A stretch of 30,843 nt of DNA from a virus (taxonomy: Duplodnaviria; Caudoviricetes), in the IMG/VR virus record IMGVR_UViG_3300037045_000014, positions 1 to 30,843 of that record; one strand, written 5' to 3'. This document shows positions 8,308 to 17,800 of the stretch, one piece after another (position 1 is the stretch's first letter; every line of letters starts with the position of its first letter). The notes under the pieces are model-generated. The model was given only the letters and a program-made list of their open reading frames with translations. It was not told the origin of the DNA and made no database searches. The position numbers were made by a program, and so were the translations under genes.

Positions 8308-10308
8308 TTAACAGTATATTGTAGTATTATTTTTTATTTTTGATGTGATAGAGTGTTGTTCTCTTGTGGACTTCTTTACTCTATCTTTTTTTATGTTTAT
8401 TTGTTTTATTATATGTGGTATAGAATCATCTATTAACTTTTGTACTACATCTTTTTTTATTTTTCTCTTAGGATCAAATGCTTTTCTTAGTTGTTCTTCT
8501 GTAAAGTAACCTTGTTTATCTATTAAAGCTCCAGCTGTTATTATTAACTTATCCAGCTGTGTTTTAGTCTTAGGATTATTTATTTTTGCTGATACATCCA
8601 TTTGTACATTTATATTAGCTACAAAATCTTCTCCTAATGCTGCTGCTCTTCTAGTAGCATTTATTTTCTTTCTCTTTACTCCAGATTCTTTTAAAGTTAT
8701 TATTATTGCTTCTGCATTATTTATAACTTCTTCTGATAAATCTACTAATTCATAATATTCAACTCTGTTAAGATATTTAGCATTTGTTTTAATAGCTTGT
8801 GATGCTCTTACAGAATTTGCTTTAGCTAGTGTTTCTGGTGATAATTCTTCATTTCTTAAAGCTCTTATAATTCCTAGTTCTTTTAAAGAATTTAATTTAT
8901 ACCCCACCATGCTAGAACCTCTCATATTATATTGTTCCATTTTATCTCTTAATTGGCTCTGAGATAAGAAGAATGTTATTTGCTCTTCATCTGCTAATGG
9001 TACTGGAGTTACATGTGCTAGAGCAAACTGTTGTATTAAATTATATGTTCCATGTAAATTACTCCTAGACATGTATTTATATAATATAGAACCTTCTTTT
9101 ATTAAGTTATCAGTTTGAGCCATTATTTCAGCTATTAATGCTCTCATATTTCTTTGGTATTCTGAGCCTAATCTTATTCCAGATGCATTTGCTATAAAGT
9201 GTAATACTTTTGCATGAGACATATTTAATATTTTAGCCATTGAATCTATAGTAGATAAGTAAGATTGACACCCAGAGCATTTATAATAATCTTGTCCATT
9301 ATATTCAGCTATGTATGCAGATGCATTTTTATCATCATGTGCTGGTAATATGCATCTAAATCTCATTTCTTTTTCTACTCCCAGTAAATATGCTGGAGAT
9401 ATATTTTTATTTACAAAATCATAAGCTAAAGCATATTCAACATCTACATCAAAGTTAAGTGCCTTTAATCTATCCATTATTATTAATTCTGTTACTGTTA
9501 ATTTATCTTCTATCTTACCTTTTATTTTGGTTCTAGAAGTCTTTTTAATTTCTTTTTCTTCATATTCCACATTAGTAGATACTGTAGCAGTTTTATTTAA
9601 TGCTACAACTCTTCTTCCACCATATATGCAGTGTACTACTGATACTTTAGCATCAGAATATGGATACTCATTTTTAATAGTTTCTGCTACTGCATTTAAA
9701 TGATTTAAATCTGTTACTGGTTTTTCTAGCTGGAATACTGCTCTGTATTTATGTACTGCTTCTGTATGAGAAAATGTAGTATATACAAGAGCTGGTTTTA
9801 TATCTGATTTTTCAGCTTGTGCTATAAAATCTTCTACAGATACATATCCATATTGTTCTAATTCTTCTCCCTTATTGTCTATATCTACAGCTATTAAAGA
9901 AGATGATATAAATGTATCTTGTGTTGTTCCAGTTAGATATGCAGCTTTAAAAGTTCTTCCTTTAGCTACTGCTTCTGCTAATTCTTCTATAGTAACTTCT
10001 GTTGAACACTCTGGAAGTCTCTTTTGTATAGAACCAGCTTGCAAGTTGCTTGGTTTTATTTTAAATTCTTTTATATCTAATAATACTTTGTGTTTCATCA
10101 TAGGCATTTCCTCCTCAAAGTACATTATATCATTTTTTCTGTCAATTTTATGCATTATTTGTTCCATTTCTTTTTTCCATTCAGCTTGTGCTTTCTCTGC
10201 TTTTCTAGCAGCTATTTTTTTCATTTCTGCTATTTTCTCTTCTCCAAATATTGCTAATGTCATTTGTTCAAAATCTAGCTCTTTTATCATATTAATTGAT
10301 ACCCCCAT
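8308..10308 (-). CDS. Plasmid-type replication initiator with AEP primase-like N-terminus and CHC2-like Zn finger
   Basis: IAVDIDN (hhhDhD) and YTTFSH....HKYRAVF are AEP-like motifs; FRCILPAHDDKNAS...YKCSGC is a CHC2-like Zn finger; basic C-terminus. Confidence 0.7.
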   Translation of the reverse strand: MGVSINMIKELDFEQMTLAIFGEEKIAEMKKIAARKAEKAQAEWKKEMEQIMHKIDRKNDIMYFEEEMPMMKHKVLLDIKEFKIKPSNLQAGSIQKRLPECSTEVTIEELAEAVAKGRTFKAAYLTGTTQDTFISSSLIAVDIDNKGEELEQYGYVSVEDFIAQAEKSDIKPALVYTTFSHTEAVHKYRAVFQLEKPVTDLNHLNAVAETIKNEYPYSDAKVSVVHCIYGGRRVVALNKTATVSTNVEYEEKEIKKTSRTKIKGKIEDKLTVTELIIMDRLKALNFDVDVEYALAYDFVNKNISPAYLLGVEKEMRFRCILPAHDDKNASAYIAEYNGQDYYKCSGCQSYLSTIDSMAKILNMSHAKVLHFIANASGIRLGSEYQRNMRALIAEIMAQTDNLIKEGSILYKYMSRSNLHGTYNLIQQFALAHVTPVPLADEEQITFFLSQSQLRDKMEQYNMRGSSMVGYKLNSLKELGIIRALRNEELSPETLAKANSVRASQAIKTNAKYLNRVEYYELVDLSEEVINNAEAIIITLKESGVKRKKINATRRAAALGEDFVANINVQMDVSAKINNPKTKTQLDKLIITAGALIDKQGYFTEEQLRKAFDPKRKIKKDVVQKLIDDSIPHIIKQINIKKDRVKKSTREQHSITSKIKNNTTIYC

Positions 10309-10696
10309 TTTTTCTAAAGTTTCTTAATCTTTTATATTGTTTTTCTTTAAATTCAAAAGCAGCTTTTTCTTCTTCCCATTCTCTTAGAGCTTTTAAATCT
10401 GGATCTTCATATTCTCCAGAATCTTCTAATGCTATTTCTGCTTCTATTTCTTTTCTATCATAATAATAATCTATAAAGTTTTCATAATGTTTTAATGGCT
10501 CTGTTACTTCTGCTATAGTCATTTTCATGTTTTGTAGTTGCATTTTTGCAGTTCTCCATGCTGATTTAATTCCTTCTGTATTTCCTGCTTTCTTTACTTT
10601 CCAGCCTGCTTTCATTATTGCAGCTCTGTTATAGCTTACTTGTCCATCTTCTGTTATATATATAAATCCTTGTTTTGCTATTTTTAATAATTTCAT
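10292..10696 (-). CDS. Hypothetical early protein (134 aa)
   Basis: RBS AAAGGAG; YNRAAIMKAGW...KSAWRTAK motif; overlaps the rep start. Confidence 0.75.
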   Translation of the reverse strand: MKLLKIAKQGFIYITEDGQVSYNRAAIMKAGWKVKKAGNTEGIKSAWRTAKMQLQNMKMTIAEVTEPLKHYENFIDYYYDRKEIEAEIALEDSGEYEDPDLKALREWEEEKAAFEFKEKQYKRLRNFRKNGGIN

Positions 10697-10712
10697 TTTT
10701 ATATACTCTCCT

Positions 10713-10895
10713 TTATATAGTTAATTTTTTATATTCTTCTTCTATTAAACCAGTTATTAAATCTCTTAGAGTTAAACCAGTTAAATCTATTAATTCATTT
10801 AATTTTTTATTTTCATCTTCTGTCACTCTTATTTGTCTTTGCCTCATTTCTCTGGCTTGTCCATCTCTATCAGTATAATTACTTTGTGCTATCAT
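10713..10895 (-). CDS. Ribbon-helix-helix (CopG-like) regulator, 60 aa
   Basis: Beta-strand QRQIRV followed by two helices (TEDENKKLNELIDLTG, TLRDLITGLIEEEY); first gene of the rep operon; RBS AAAGGAG. Confidence 0.7.
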   Translation of the reverse strand: MIAQSNYTDRDGQAREMRQRQIRVTEDENKKLNELIDLTGLTLRDLITGLIEEEYKKLTI

Positions 10896-10930
10896 TTTTT
10901 TAAACTCCTTTTGCTATCAGTGTGGTATCA
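10887..10930. promoter_or_regulatory. TGSTATCA direct repeats, putative RHH operator
   Basis: TGCTATCA at 10887 and 10912 and TGGTATCA at 10923, flanking the RBS and start of the RHH gene. Confidence 0.5.
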
Positions 10931-11577
10931 CACTTTATTTTTTTAAAGAGACTTGATTGCCTCTATCTAATTATTACTATATGGCTATATCCATTTTACA
11001 TTTCACTTCTAAAATTTTTTTAGAATAGCTGTTGATTCCTTTTGCATATCTCATATACACCTTATGAGACTTTTTGATTATAGTTAATTATAGTTCTGGC
11101 CAGAACATTTTTGTCTTACATTATTATTAATACCATATATATATTATTAATTTACACTTTTTTGGATTTTTTTTAAAAGATTTGTTTTTAGGAAATGACT
11201 ACTATTTACTCTGTGTTCCAGCTGATTAATCAAGCTTTTATTCTGTAGCTGCCTTTGGCCTATAAAGTCTTATTAGCTTTCTTCATATGATCTATGATCT
11301 TCCTCTAGCATTGTTATCAGTACCTCAGTTTTTATTACCTTCTCTGTTTCCCTGCTATGTGAGTTCTTAGTGCTGTTGCTCTATCTCCACTACTTTTATT
11401 AAGTTATTAATTGCTTCTGTGTTCTTGTTTATTCAGTATTCATTATTAGTTAAGTAGCTACTCTTACTCAGACATACATGTGTATGTCATAGGCTTGTTA
11501 TCTGCTGTGATTGCCATCTCTGGATTCTCTTGCTGTTTCCTGCCCTTCATTTGCTCTACTATTTATCTTGTAAATAC

Positions 11578-11606
11578 ATAGTAACACCATATAAAAAATA
11601 ATGCAA
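11578..11606 (-). promoter_or_regulatory. Sigma-A promoter facing the non-coding ori-like region
   Basis: TTGCAT-17 nt-TACTAT with a TG extension. Confidence 0.65.
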
Positions 11607-11725
11607 TAGGTTTACATAATTTTGTGAAACTTTTTTCTTTTAATGTTCCTCAATATAATATTAGCAATAATTTTATCTTTATTACACATCTATTTTAAAA
11701 AATATAGCCACTAAATTAATAGCAG

Positions 11726-12466
11726 CTATTTATATTTATCTATAAACATTTGTAATGCAATATTTAATAAATCATGTTGTCTATATTCTCCATATTTTGC
11801 CTTCCAGATGCTGTTAAATTCATCCATTAATGGTTTATGAACTCTAATAGTTGTTCTTGTTGCTGTTTCTTCATAATTTTTTACTGGTAAAGATGTATCT
11901 ATTATTTCTACATCATAATCTGGCTCTGGTCTTTCTTGTGTCATTGCTATTTCAGATTCAATTAATTTAGTATTATTTTTATTTTCTATCTCTACAGTTT
12001 TTGACATGTAATATTCTATTATAGATAAAACTCTTTCATTTTGATCTCTATCATTATTCATTATAGATACTAATTGATTTTGAGTATTTGTTTCTTTAAT
12101 TTGATAATCTTTTATAATATCCAGCATTTTATTATTTTGATCTAATTGTTTATCTTCTTTTTCTTTGTATTCATTTATAATGTTTAAAAGCTCCTGCTGC
12201 TGCTCTAGCAGTTTTTGATTCTCTTCTTTTAATTCTGTAGCTATATTATCTTTGGCAATAGGTTTAAAACTTGTCCCATCTTTAGGGACAAAAGTATTAT
12301 TTCTTTTGCTGTAGCCTCTTCCATTCATAAAATCATTTATAACTCTTTTGCTTCTTACTTCAAAGTAATCATTTAATTGGTCTGCTGTATAGCCTTGACC
12401 TAATAGCTCCAGTACTAATGCTTCTCTTTCAGCTGGAGTTAATCCATACCATTCATGTTTATTCAT
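11726..12466 (-). CDS. HTH / coiled-coil / RHH DNA-binding protein (246 aa), candidate plasmid maintenance factor
   Basis: N-terminal HTH-like region (LLGQGYTADQLNDYFEV), central Q/E/K-rich coiled coil, C-terminal RHH (RTTIRVHKPLMDEFN...QHDLLNIALQMFIDKY). Confidence 0.7.
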   Translation of the reverse strand: MNKHEWYGLTPAEREALVLELLGQGYTADQLNDYFEVRSKRVINDFMNGRGYSKRNNTFVPKDGTSFKPIAKDNIATELKEENQKLLEQQQELLNIINEYKEKEDKQLDQNNKMLDIIKDYQIKETNTQNQLVSIMNNDRDQNERVLSIIEYYMSKTVEIENKNNTKLIESEIAMTQERPEPDYDVEIIDTSLPVKNYEETATRTTIRVHKPLMDEFNSIWKAKYGEYRQHDLLNIALQMFIDKYK

Positions 12467-12490
12467 TCTATTATAATCACCTCTAAAAAC

Positions 12491-12524
12491 ATTATATCAT
12501 ATTGTGGCATACATGTGACATACA
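12491..12524 (-). promoter_or_regulatory. Promoter of the 246-aa gene overlapped by tandem GRCATACA sites
   Basis: TGATATAAT extended -10 at 12491-12499; GGCATACA at 12506 and GACATACA at 12517. Confidence 0.6.
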
Positions 12525-12601
12525 CTCTGCATATTGTTCTAAAAAGGTGGTTGTGATACAATTAATAAACATAAATAAGCTATTAAAAGGAGCTGTTAAA
12601 T

Positions 12602-12910
12602 ATGACAGATAAAAAAGATATGGAAGTTGATCTTGATACTGGCACTATAAATATTCCTACTGTTGGTACTATAGATATACAAATAATAATTGATGCATAT
12701 GAAAGAATTAAACAAAGAGAAGGAATAGCTGCTGCTCTGGCAGAAGGTAAACATATAGGAAGGCCAGCTAATGTTCCAGATGATTTTGTAGAATACAATA
12801 ATAAAGTAGTTGATGGTTTTATATCTGTACCAGAGGCTATTAAACAACTTAATATAAGTAGAGCTAAATTCTACAGATTAAAGAAGAAGCATGAAGAAGG
12901 GCAACTATAA
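12602..12910 (+). CDS. Serine resolvase C-terminal fragment (arm plus HTH, no catalytic domain)
   Basis: ERIKQREGIAAALAEGKHIGRP and LNISRAKFYR are resolvase C-terminal motifs; the YxRVS catalytic motif is absent; RBS AAAAGGAG is intact. Confidence 0.8.
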   Translation: MTDKKDMEVDLDTGTINIPTVGTIDIQIIIDAYERIKQREGIAAALAEGKHIGRPANVPDDFVEYNNKVVDGFISVPEAIKQLNISRAKFYRLKKKHEEGQL

Positions 12911-12983
12911 CAGTTGTTCTTTTTTTAGTATAGATAATTGGTATTAATGACTATAATCTCTATTAAAAGGAGTTGATCCAATT

Positions 12984-13067
12984 ATGTTGGGATTATTATT
13001 AATACCAGCTACAATGATTATAGGTAGTATTGTATATATCTGCTTAATATTAAATAATGATATATAA
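12984..13067 (+). CDS. 27-aa hydrophobic membrane peptide
   Basis: MLGLLLIPATMIIGSIVYICLILNNDI*; RBS AAAAGGAG; TATAAT at 12952-12957. Confidence 0.55.
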   Translation: MLGLLLIPATMIIGSIVYICLILNNDI

Positions 13068-13132
13068 AAGGGGCAAAAGTATTCTAAAAAAGGAACTGTA
13101 CTCCAGTTATATCAATAGCTGTAGCTGTTTTA

Positions 13133-13194
13133 AGTAAAGACCCATAGTTATAGTAAAGAATATATATTCTTTATATTATCTATGGGTCTTTACT
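13133..13194. repeat. 62-bp imperfect palindrome with dif-like core, inside nested inverted repeats (13069-13259)
   Basis: AGTAAAGACCCATAG (13133-13147) and CTATGGGTCTTTACT (13180-13194) flank TAAAGAA-TATATA-TTCTTTA and share the same centre. Confidence 0.85.
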
Positions 13195-13264
13195 CTTACA
13201 CCCTTCAAGCAAAGCAATACCAATGCATACAGCTATATTTTCTATTAGTTTTTGCCCCTATTTA

Positions 13265-13912
13265 TTATCTTTTTATTAGATAAGCATCTTTATAACCTTT
13301 AGCTTTTACTTCTGCTAATACTTTATCAGCTGTTGCTTTATTTGAATAAGCTCCAACACATACAGCTAGTAGTTCATCAGAAGTATCAGAAGGTGATTCT
13401 CCTACTAAACCTTTAACTATAGCAGCAGCCATTTTCTCTGGAGAATATTTAGCTACATCTGATTTAGAATCACAAAAACAACATTCAATTAATATAGCTT
13501 TAGAAGTAGTAGCTCTTAACCAGTATAGATCTGGTCTTTGTTTAATACCTCTGTCAGTATAACCAAAAGCAGCAGTTATTTCTTTATTAATAGCTTTAGC
13601 ATATTTATTAGGAATAGCATTAGAATCAAATACTAATGTTTCTGTACCAGTGCCTCCACCAGCATTAAAATGTATACTAACAGCTAAATCTGCATCATGT
13701 TTATTAGCAGTAGCTACAGCCTCTTTTAAATAGTTCTCTGACTTATCTATTGTACATTCTATTACAGTATGTCCTAGTTGTTTTAATAGCTTAATAACAT
13801 GACTTACTACTGCTCTATTTTCTTTTGATTCATTAATTAGGCCAATAGCTCCACTTCCAGAATCAGTAAGAGTATGGCCTGCATTTATTATAAATTTACT
13901 CATATATATCAT
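13265..13912 (-). CDS. Endolysin, N-acetylmuramoyl-L-alanine amidase (Amidase_3) with SPOR-like cell wall-binding domain
   Basis: NAGH, E, VSIHFNA, GTE and AILIECCFCD motifs; C-terminal VCVGAYSNKATAD...KGYKDAYL. Confidence 0.93.
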   Translation of the reverse strand: MIYMSKFIINAGHTLTDSGSGAIGLINESKENRAVVSHVIKLLKQLGHTVIECTIDKSENYLKEAVATANKHDADLAVSIHFNAGGGTGTETLVFDSNAIPNKYAKAINKEITAAFGYTDRGIKQRPDLYWLRATTSKAILIECCFCDSKSDVAKYSPEKMAAAIVKGLVGESPSDTSDELLAVCVGAYSNKATADKVLAEVKAKGYKDAYLIKR

Positions 13913-13999
13913 CCCCTAGTTATATTTTCAGAAGTAACAAAATCACTACATCTGGAAATTTATTAGTACTGTCCCCAAAAAAGGTAAGTGCTAGAATTT

Positions 14000-14272
14000 T
14001 TACTTTTTAAACTTTTTTTCTAAATCAGATACTTTTTCTTCTAAAGTGTCCATCCTATCACATAATCTATTTAATTGGATTGTTGCTGATTCAGTTGCAT
14101 CTGCTACTACTCTTAAAGCATCAGATAATTTATTATTATTTTCTATAAGCTGTATTTCTCTTTGTCTGCTATCTTCCATAACTTTAGTTATAAAGTCTCT
14201 TCCAAACCATGCCAGAGCAGTTACAGCAGTTATTGGGAAGCCTACAGTTTGTATCATTGTTGTCATATCCAT
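14000..14272 (-). CDS. Holin-like protein
   Basis: N-terminal transmembrane segment IQTVGFPITAVTALAWF plus coiled coil; immediately upstream of the endolysin. Confidence 0.75.
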   Translation of the reverse strand: MDMTTMIQTVGFPITAVTALAWFGRDFITKVMEDSRQREIQLIENNNKLSDALRVVADATESATIQLNRLCDRMDTLEEKVSDLEKKFKK

Positions 14273-14309
14273 TTATATCACCCCTAGTTGTTTTTGTTTT
14301 AATAGCATA

Positions 14310-14336
14310 ATAAAAAGGCAGCCATAAAGACTGCCC
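14310..14336 (-). terminator. Terminator before the lysis genes
   Basis: GGCAGTC-TTTAT-GGCTGCC followed by TTTTT. Confidence 0.75.
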
Positions 14337-14360
14337 AGTAGGTATAATTACTTATATATT

Positions 14361-14750
14361 CTAATATCTAGTACCAACATCTATTATGGGTACTGGATTT
14401 ACTTGTATATCTCCTAAACTTGCTATAACTTGATTAAATGTTTCAGATGCTATTATAGTTAATTCTTGTCTTATTCCTTCTAGATCATCTAGTATAGAAG
14501 GTGCAGTAGTTATAGTTGTAGCTAATCCCATAGTTACAGCTAATGCAGTTACTTCACTTGTAAAATCTCTATAAGCTATTAATATATTATCTTTATTACT
14601 TTGATATAAATTAGGATATGTTATATTCATGTTTACATAAATTCCAGAATCTTTATTTAGAGTTGCATTAAAAGCAGCCACTGGAACTTTATTATTAGTT
14701 ATATTATCTGTTATTGTATATTCTTTTGATATTTGCATATTATCAAACAT
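14361..14750 (-). CDS. Hypothetical tail-associated protein
   Basis: ORF after the tail spike gene; likely start at 14750 (MFDNMQ, RBS GAGGTG). Confidence 0.7.
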   Translation of the reverse strand: MFDNMQISKEYTITDNITNNKVPVAAFNATLNKDSGIYVNMNITYPNLYQSNKDNILIAYRDFTSEVTALAVTMGLATTITTAPSILDDLEGIRQELTIIASETFNQVIASLGDIQVNPVPIIDVGTRY

Positions 14751-14805
14751 ATTCTTCACCTCATGTATTGTATTTAAAAAGGTCATATAGATGTATGACC
14801 CTTAA

Positions 14806-17800
14806 TTAGCTAGTATAAGTTAATTCTATTTTTGCATTACTTTCACATTTAAAATAAGTAGCTGCACTATTTGTATCTGCTTTTAAATAGAAATATTTTA
14901 TTGCTCCAGATTGAATCTTAGCAACTATAGCAGCACTTAGAGCTACCCATACACCTTGTCCTTGATCTATTAGTGTAGATGTTGTTATAGCAGTTCCATC
15001 AGAACCATATAAACAAAGTTTAGAATCTACAGAATTACCAGAAGTAGTTCTTCTTTGGATATAAATTCTACCAGATAAATTAGTTCCACCAGCTATAGCA
15101 GTTCTTATTGCTGCAAAATCATCTGTCATTTGCATATACCCAGTCCATCTACCAGTTGACCAGCTAGAGCAATAACCTTGTATTAACTCTGATTTATCTG
15201 ACCAGCCATTTAATGTTTCATCACTCCAGATTTTATTAAAAGTCCAAGTTCTTGTATTTGTAGTAGTAGCTGGTGGAGCTGGTGGCACATAAGAAGGTGG
15301 ATAGATAGCTCCATTCATTCTTGTATTTATAGTTCCAGAAGTTTGTCCTTGATCTCCACCAAATATCATATAATAACTTGCTCCAGTAGAGTTTGATTCA
15401 TATGTTGCATTTGGTACTACACCATAACCTTCTTGAAGATATATTTCTCCAAAGTTAGAACCAGTACATAGGTAATCTAAATCTGATCCACTTGTATTAA
15501 ATAAAGATATTCTTCCTTTGTATTCTGCTCTTATAGGTGAACTAAATCTATCTATTTCACAAGCATTTACATAAACAGTAGAGCCTGAAACAGAAGTTAC
15601 TGCATATCCATTGCCCTTGCCACTACCACAGATACACATATGATATATTTCTACAAAAGAACAAGTTCTTACATAAATACAACTTCCAGTATCTCCATTT
15701 ATTATTTGTCCTACAGAATTAGACCATGTATCAGCTCCTGCAATTTTTACTTTGCAAGTACATTCTCTTATATCAAATAAGCTAGTATAAAGTTTTGAGC
15801 CATTAGCAAAACTTAAATGAATTTGCCCTGCTCCTTGGAAACCTCTCATTCTTACTTCTTGTGAGCCAGTTCCAGAAATGATTATAGTAATAGTAGTATC
15901 ATCTTCCAAAAATTTATATAAATTATCTAGTGCAGCTTGTATAGTTTTTAATGGAGAAGTAGAAGAACCATTATTGTTATCATTACCAGTAGATAAATTA
16001 ACATAATAAGTTAATGACTGTTGAGTATTAACTATATTAGGAGCATATATTGCATCTGCTGTTATAGTTCCAGATTTAAGGATTGGTATGTTAGAAGTAG
16101 TAGAAAATTCTGCTATAGTACCACCAGTATTATTTTCTACTCTAAAAGATCCACTATCTATTTGAGTATAAGTATCAGAGTTGTTATTTTTTACTGTTAT
16201 ACCATCTTTATCTATAGTAGTTATACCATCATATATTTCATTTGGATTGGGACTCCACTCTGTTGCAACAGAGCCTTTTTCCACTTGTATTTGAGAAAAA
16301 TAAACTCTCTTTGTAGTGTCTCTTACATATCCAAAGACTTCTAATCTATTAAATTGTTTTCCACTTGCTTTTGTAAATGTAATACTAACCTTTTCCCATG
16401 TGTCATATTTTGTATTTTGTACAGCAGGGTAAGATGCTGTTCCATCTGTGTACACCAAGTTAGAATATAATTTTCTAAATGGATTTGTAGTTCCATCAGC
16501 ACCAGTAGAAGAAGTATACATCCAACATGATAAAGTATAGTTTGAAGCATTTTTATCTAAATTTACATTTTGTGTTATCCATTTTGTTGTATTTAATGCT
16601 CCTAATATATTAACAGCAATACTATTAGGGCAAGTACAAGTTGTAGCATAATCTACAGTTCCATTTAAATTCCATTTTTCAAATTCTCTTTTAAAATCAC
16701 CATTATATAATAAGTTGTATCCACCAGACTCTTCAAATTTAATCTCTAATGCATTTACTGTTTGCTGAACTTGAGAAGAAGTTTGATAACCTTTAGAAGT
16801 TATAGCTGTATCTGTTTCTGATTTAGTATAGAAGTTAGCTTTAACTGTATTAGTTATAGCAGTATCTGTAATCTTAGATTCAGCACCAGTCATTCTAGTT
16901 TCTAAAGAAGTTACTTTGCCATCTGTAGTTGTTTGTTTAGATTCAACAGTTCCTACTCTGGAAGTTATAGAAGTTAAATTAGTTTCTATTGTAGATACTT
17001 TAGAATTAGTTGAAGCTATAGAAGTTGTATTTGTATTAGCCTTACTTAAAGCACTATCTGCTGTAGTTTTAGCTGTATTTGCAGTTGTATCATCAGTATA
17101 TTTTGATGCTTTTTCCCAGTCAGATGCAGTATATGAGCCAGTTGCTCTTGCTACTTTACATTTCATTACATCCCCAGTTGTCCCTTGTGTCCATAGATCT
17201 CCAACTTTATAAGGAACTGTTGGAGTTGCTGTAAAAACTTTTGCTTTACTATCTGCTAAAGTGTTTGCATTATTAGCATTTGTTAAAGCAGTATTAGCAG
17301 TGTTAGTAACAGTATTTACAGTAGTTTCAGTTGAAGATACTCTTTGAGTTATAGCATCTGTAGTAACTTTTATTTCTGACTTAGCAGCATTTATTTTAGT
17401 ATCCATTGTTCCTAATAATTCTGATTTAGCAGTATTTATGTCAGTTTGTTCAACTTTTAAAGCTATTTCATTGTTTAGTAAATTTATATCAGAAGTGTTT
17501 TTATTAAGAGTAGTAGTCATTGCAGTTTTATCTGTTTGATATGTTTGAGAATCAACTTTTAGATTAATAGCAGTTTCATTAGCAGCTATTTTTGAAGAAT
17601 GTTCTGTAATTGTCTGCCCTTGTGCTGTTTGAGTTGTATCTATAGTAGATAATTTAGTAGTTAAAGAAGTGCCATTTACATCTATTTTAGCTCCAGAGAT
17701 TGAAGTAGTTCCAGCATTTATTTTAGTTACTACAGAGCTAATATTTAATTTTGCTCCATCAATATTTGCAGTTCCAGATATTTTTTCATTAGTTATAGAG

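Noticed and set aside
11464-11550. 28-aa minus-strand ORF MKGRKQQENPEM... in the ori-like region
   Set aside because: No convincing RBS or protein features.
12583-12847. Minus-strand ORFs of 71 and 83 aa
   Set aside because: They are antisense to the resolvase-fragment gene, which has clear motifs and an RBS.
13133-13194. Protelomerase (telRL) site of a linear phage-plasmid
   Set aside because: No protelomerase or tyrosine-recombinase-like gene was recognised, and the palindrome is interrupted.
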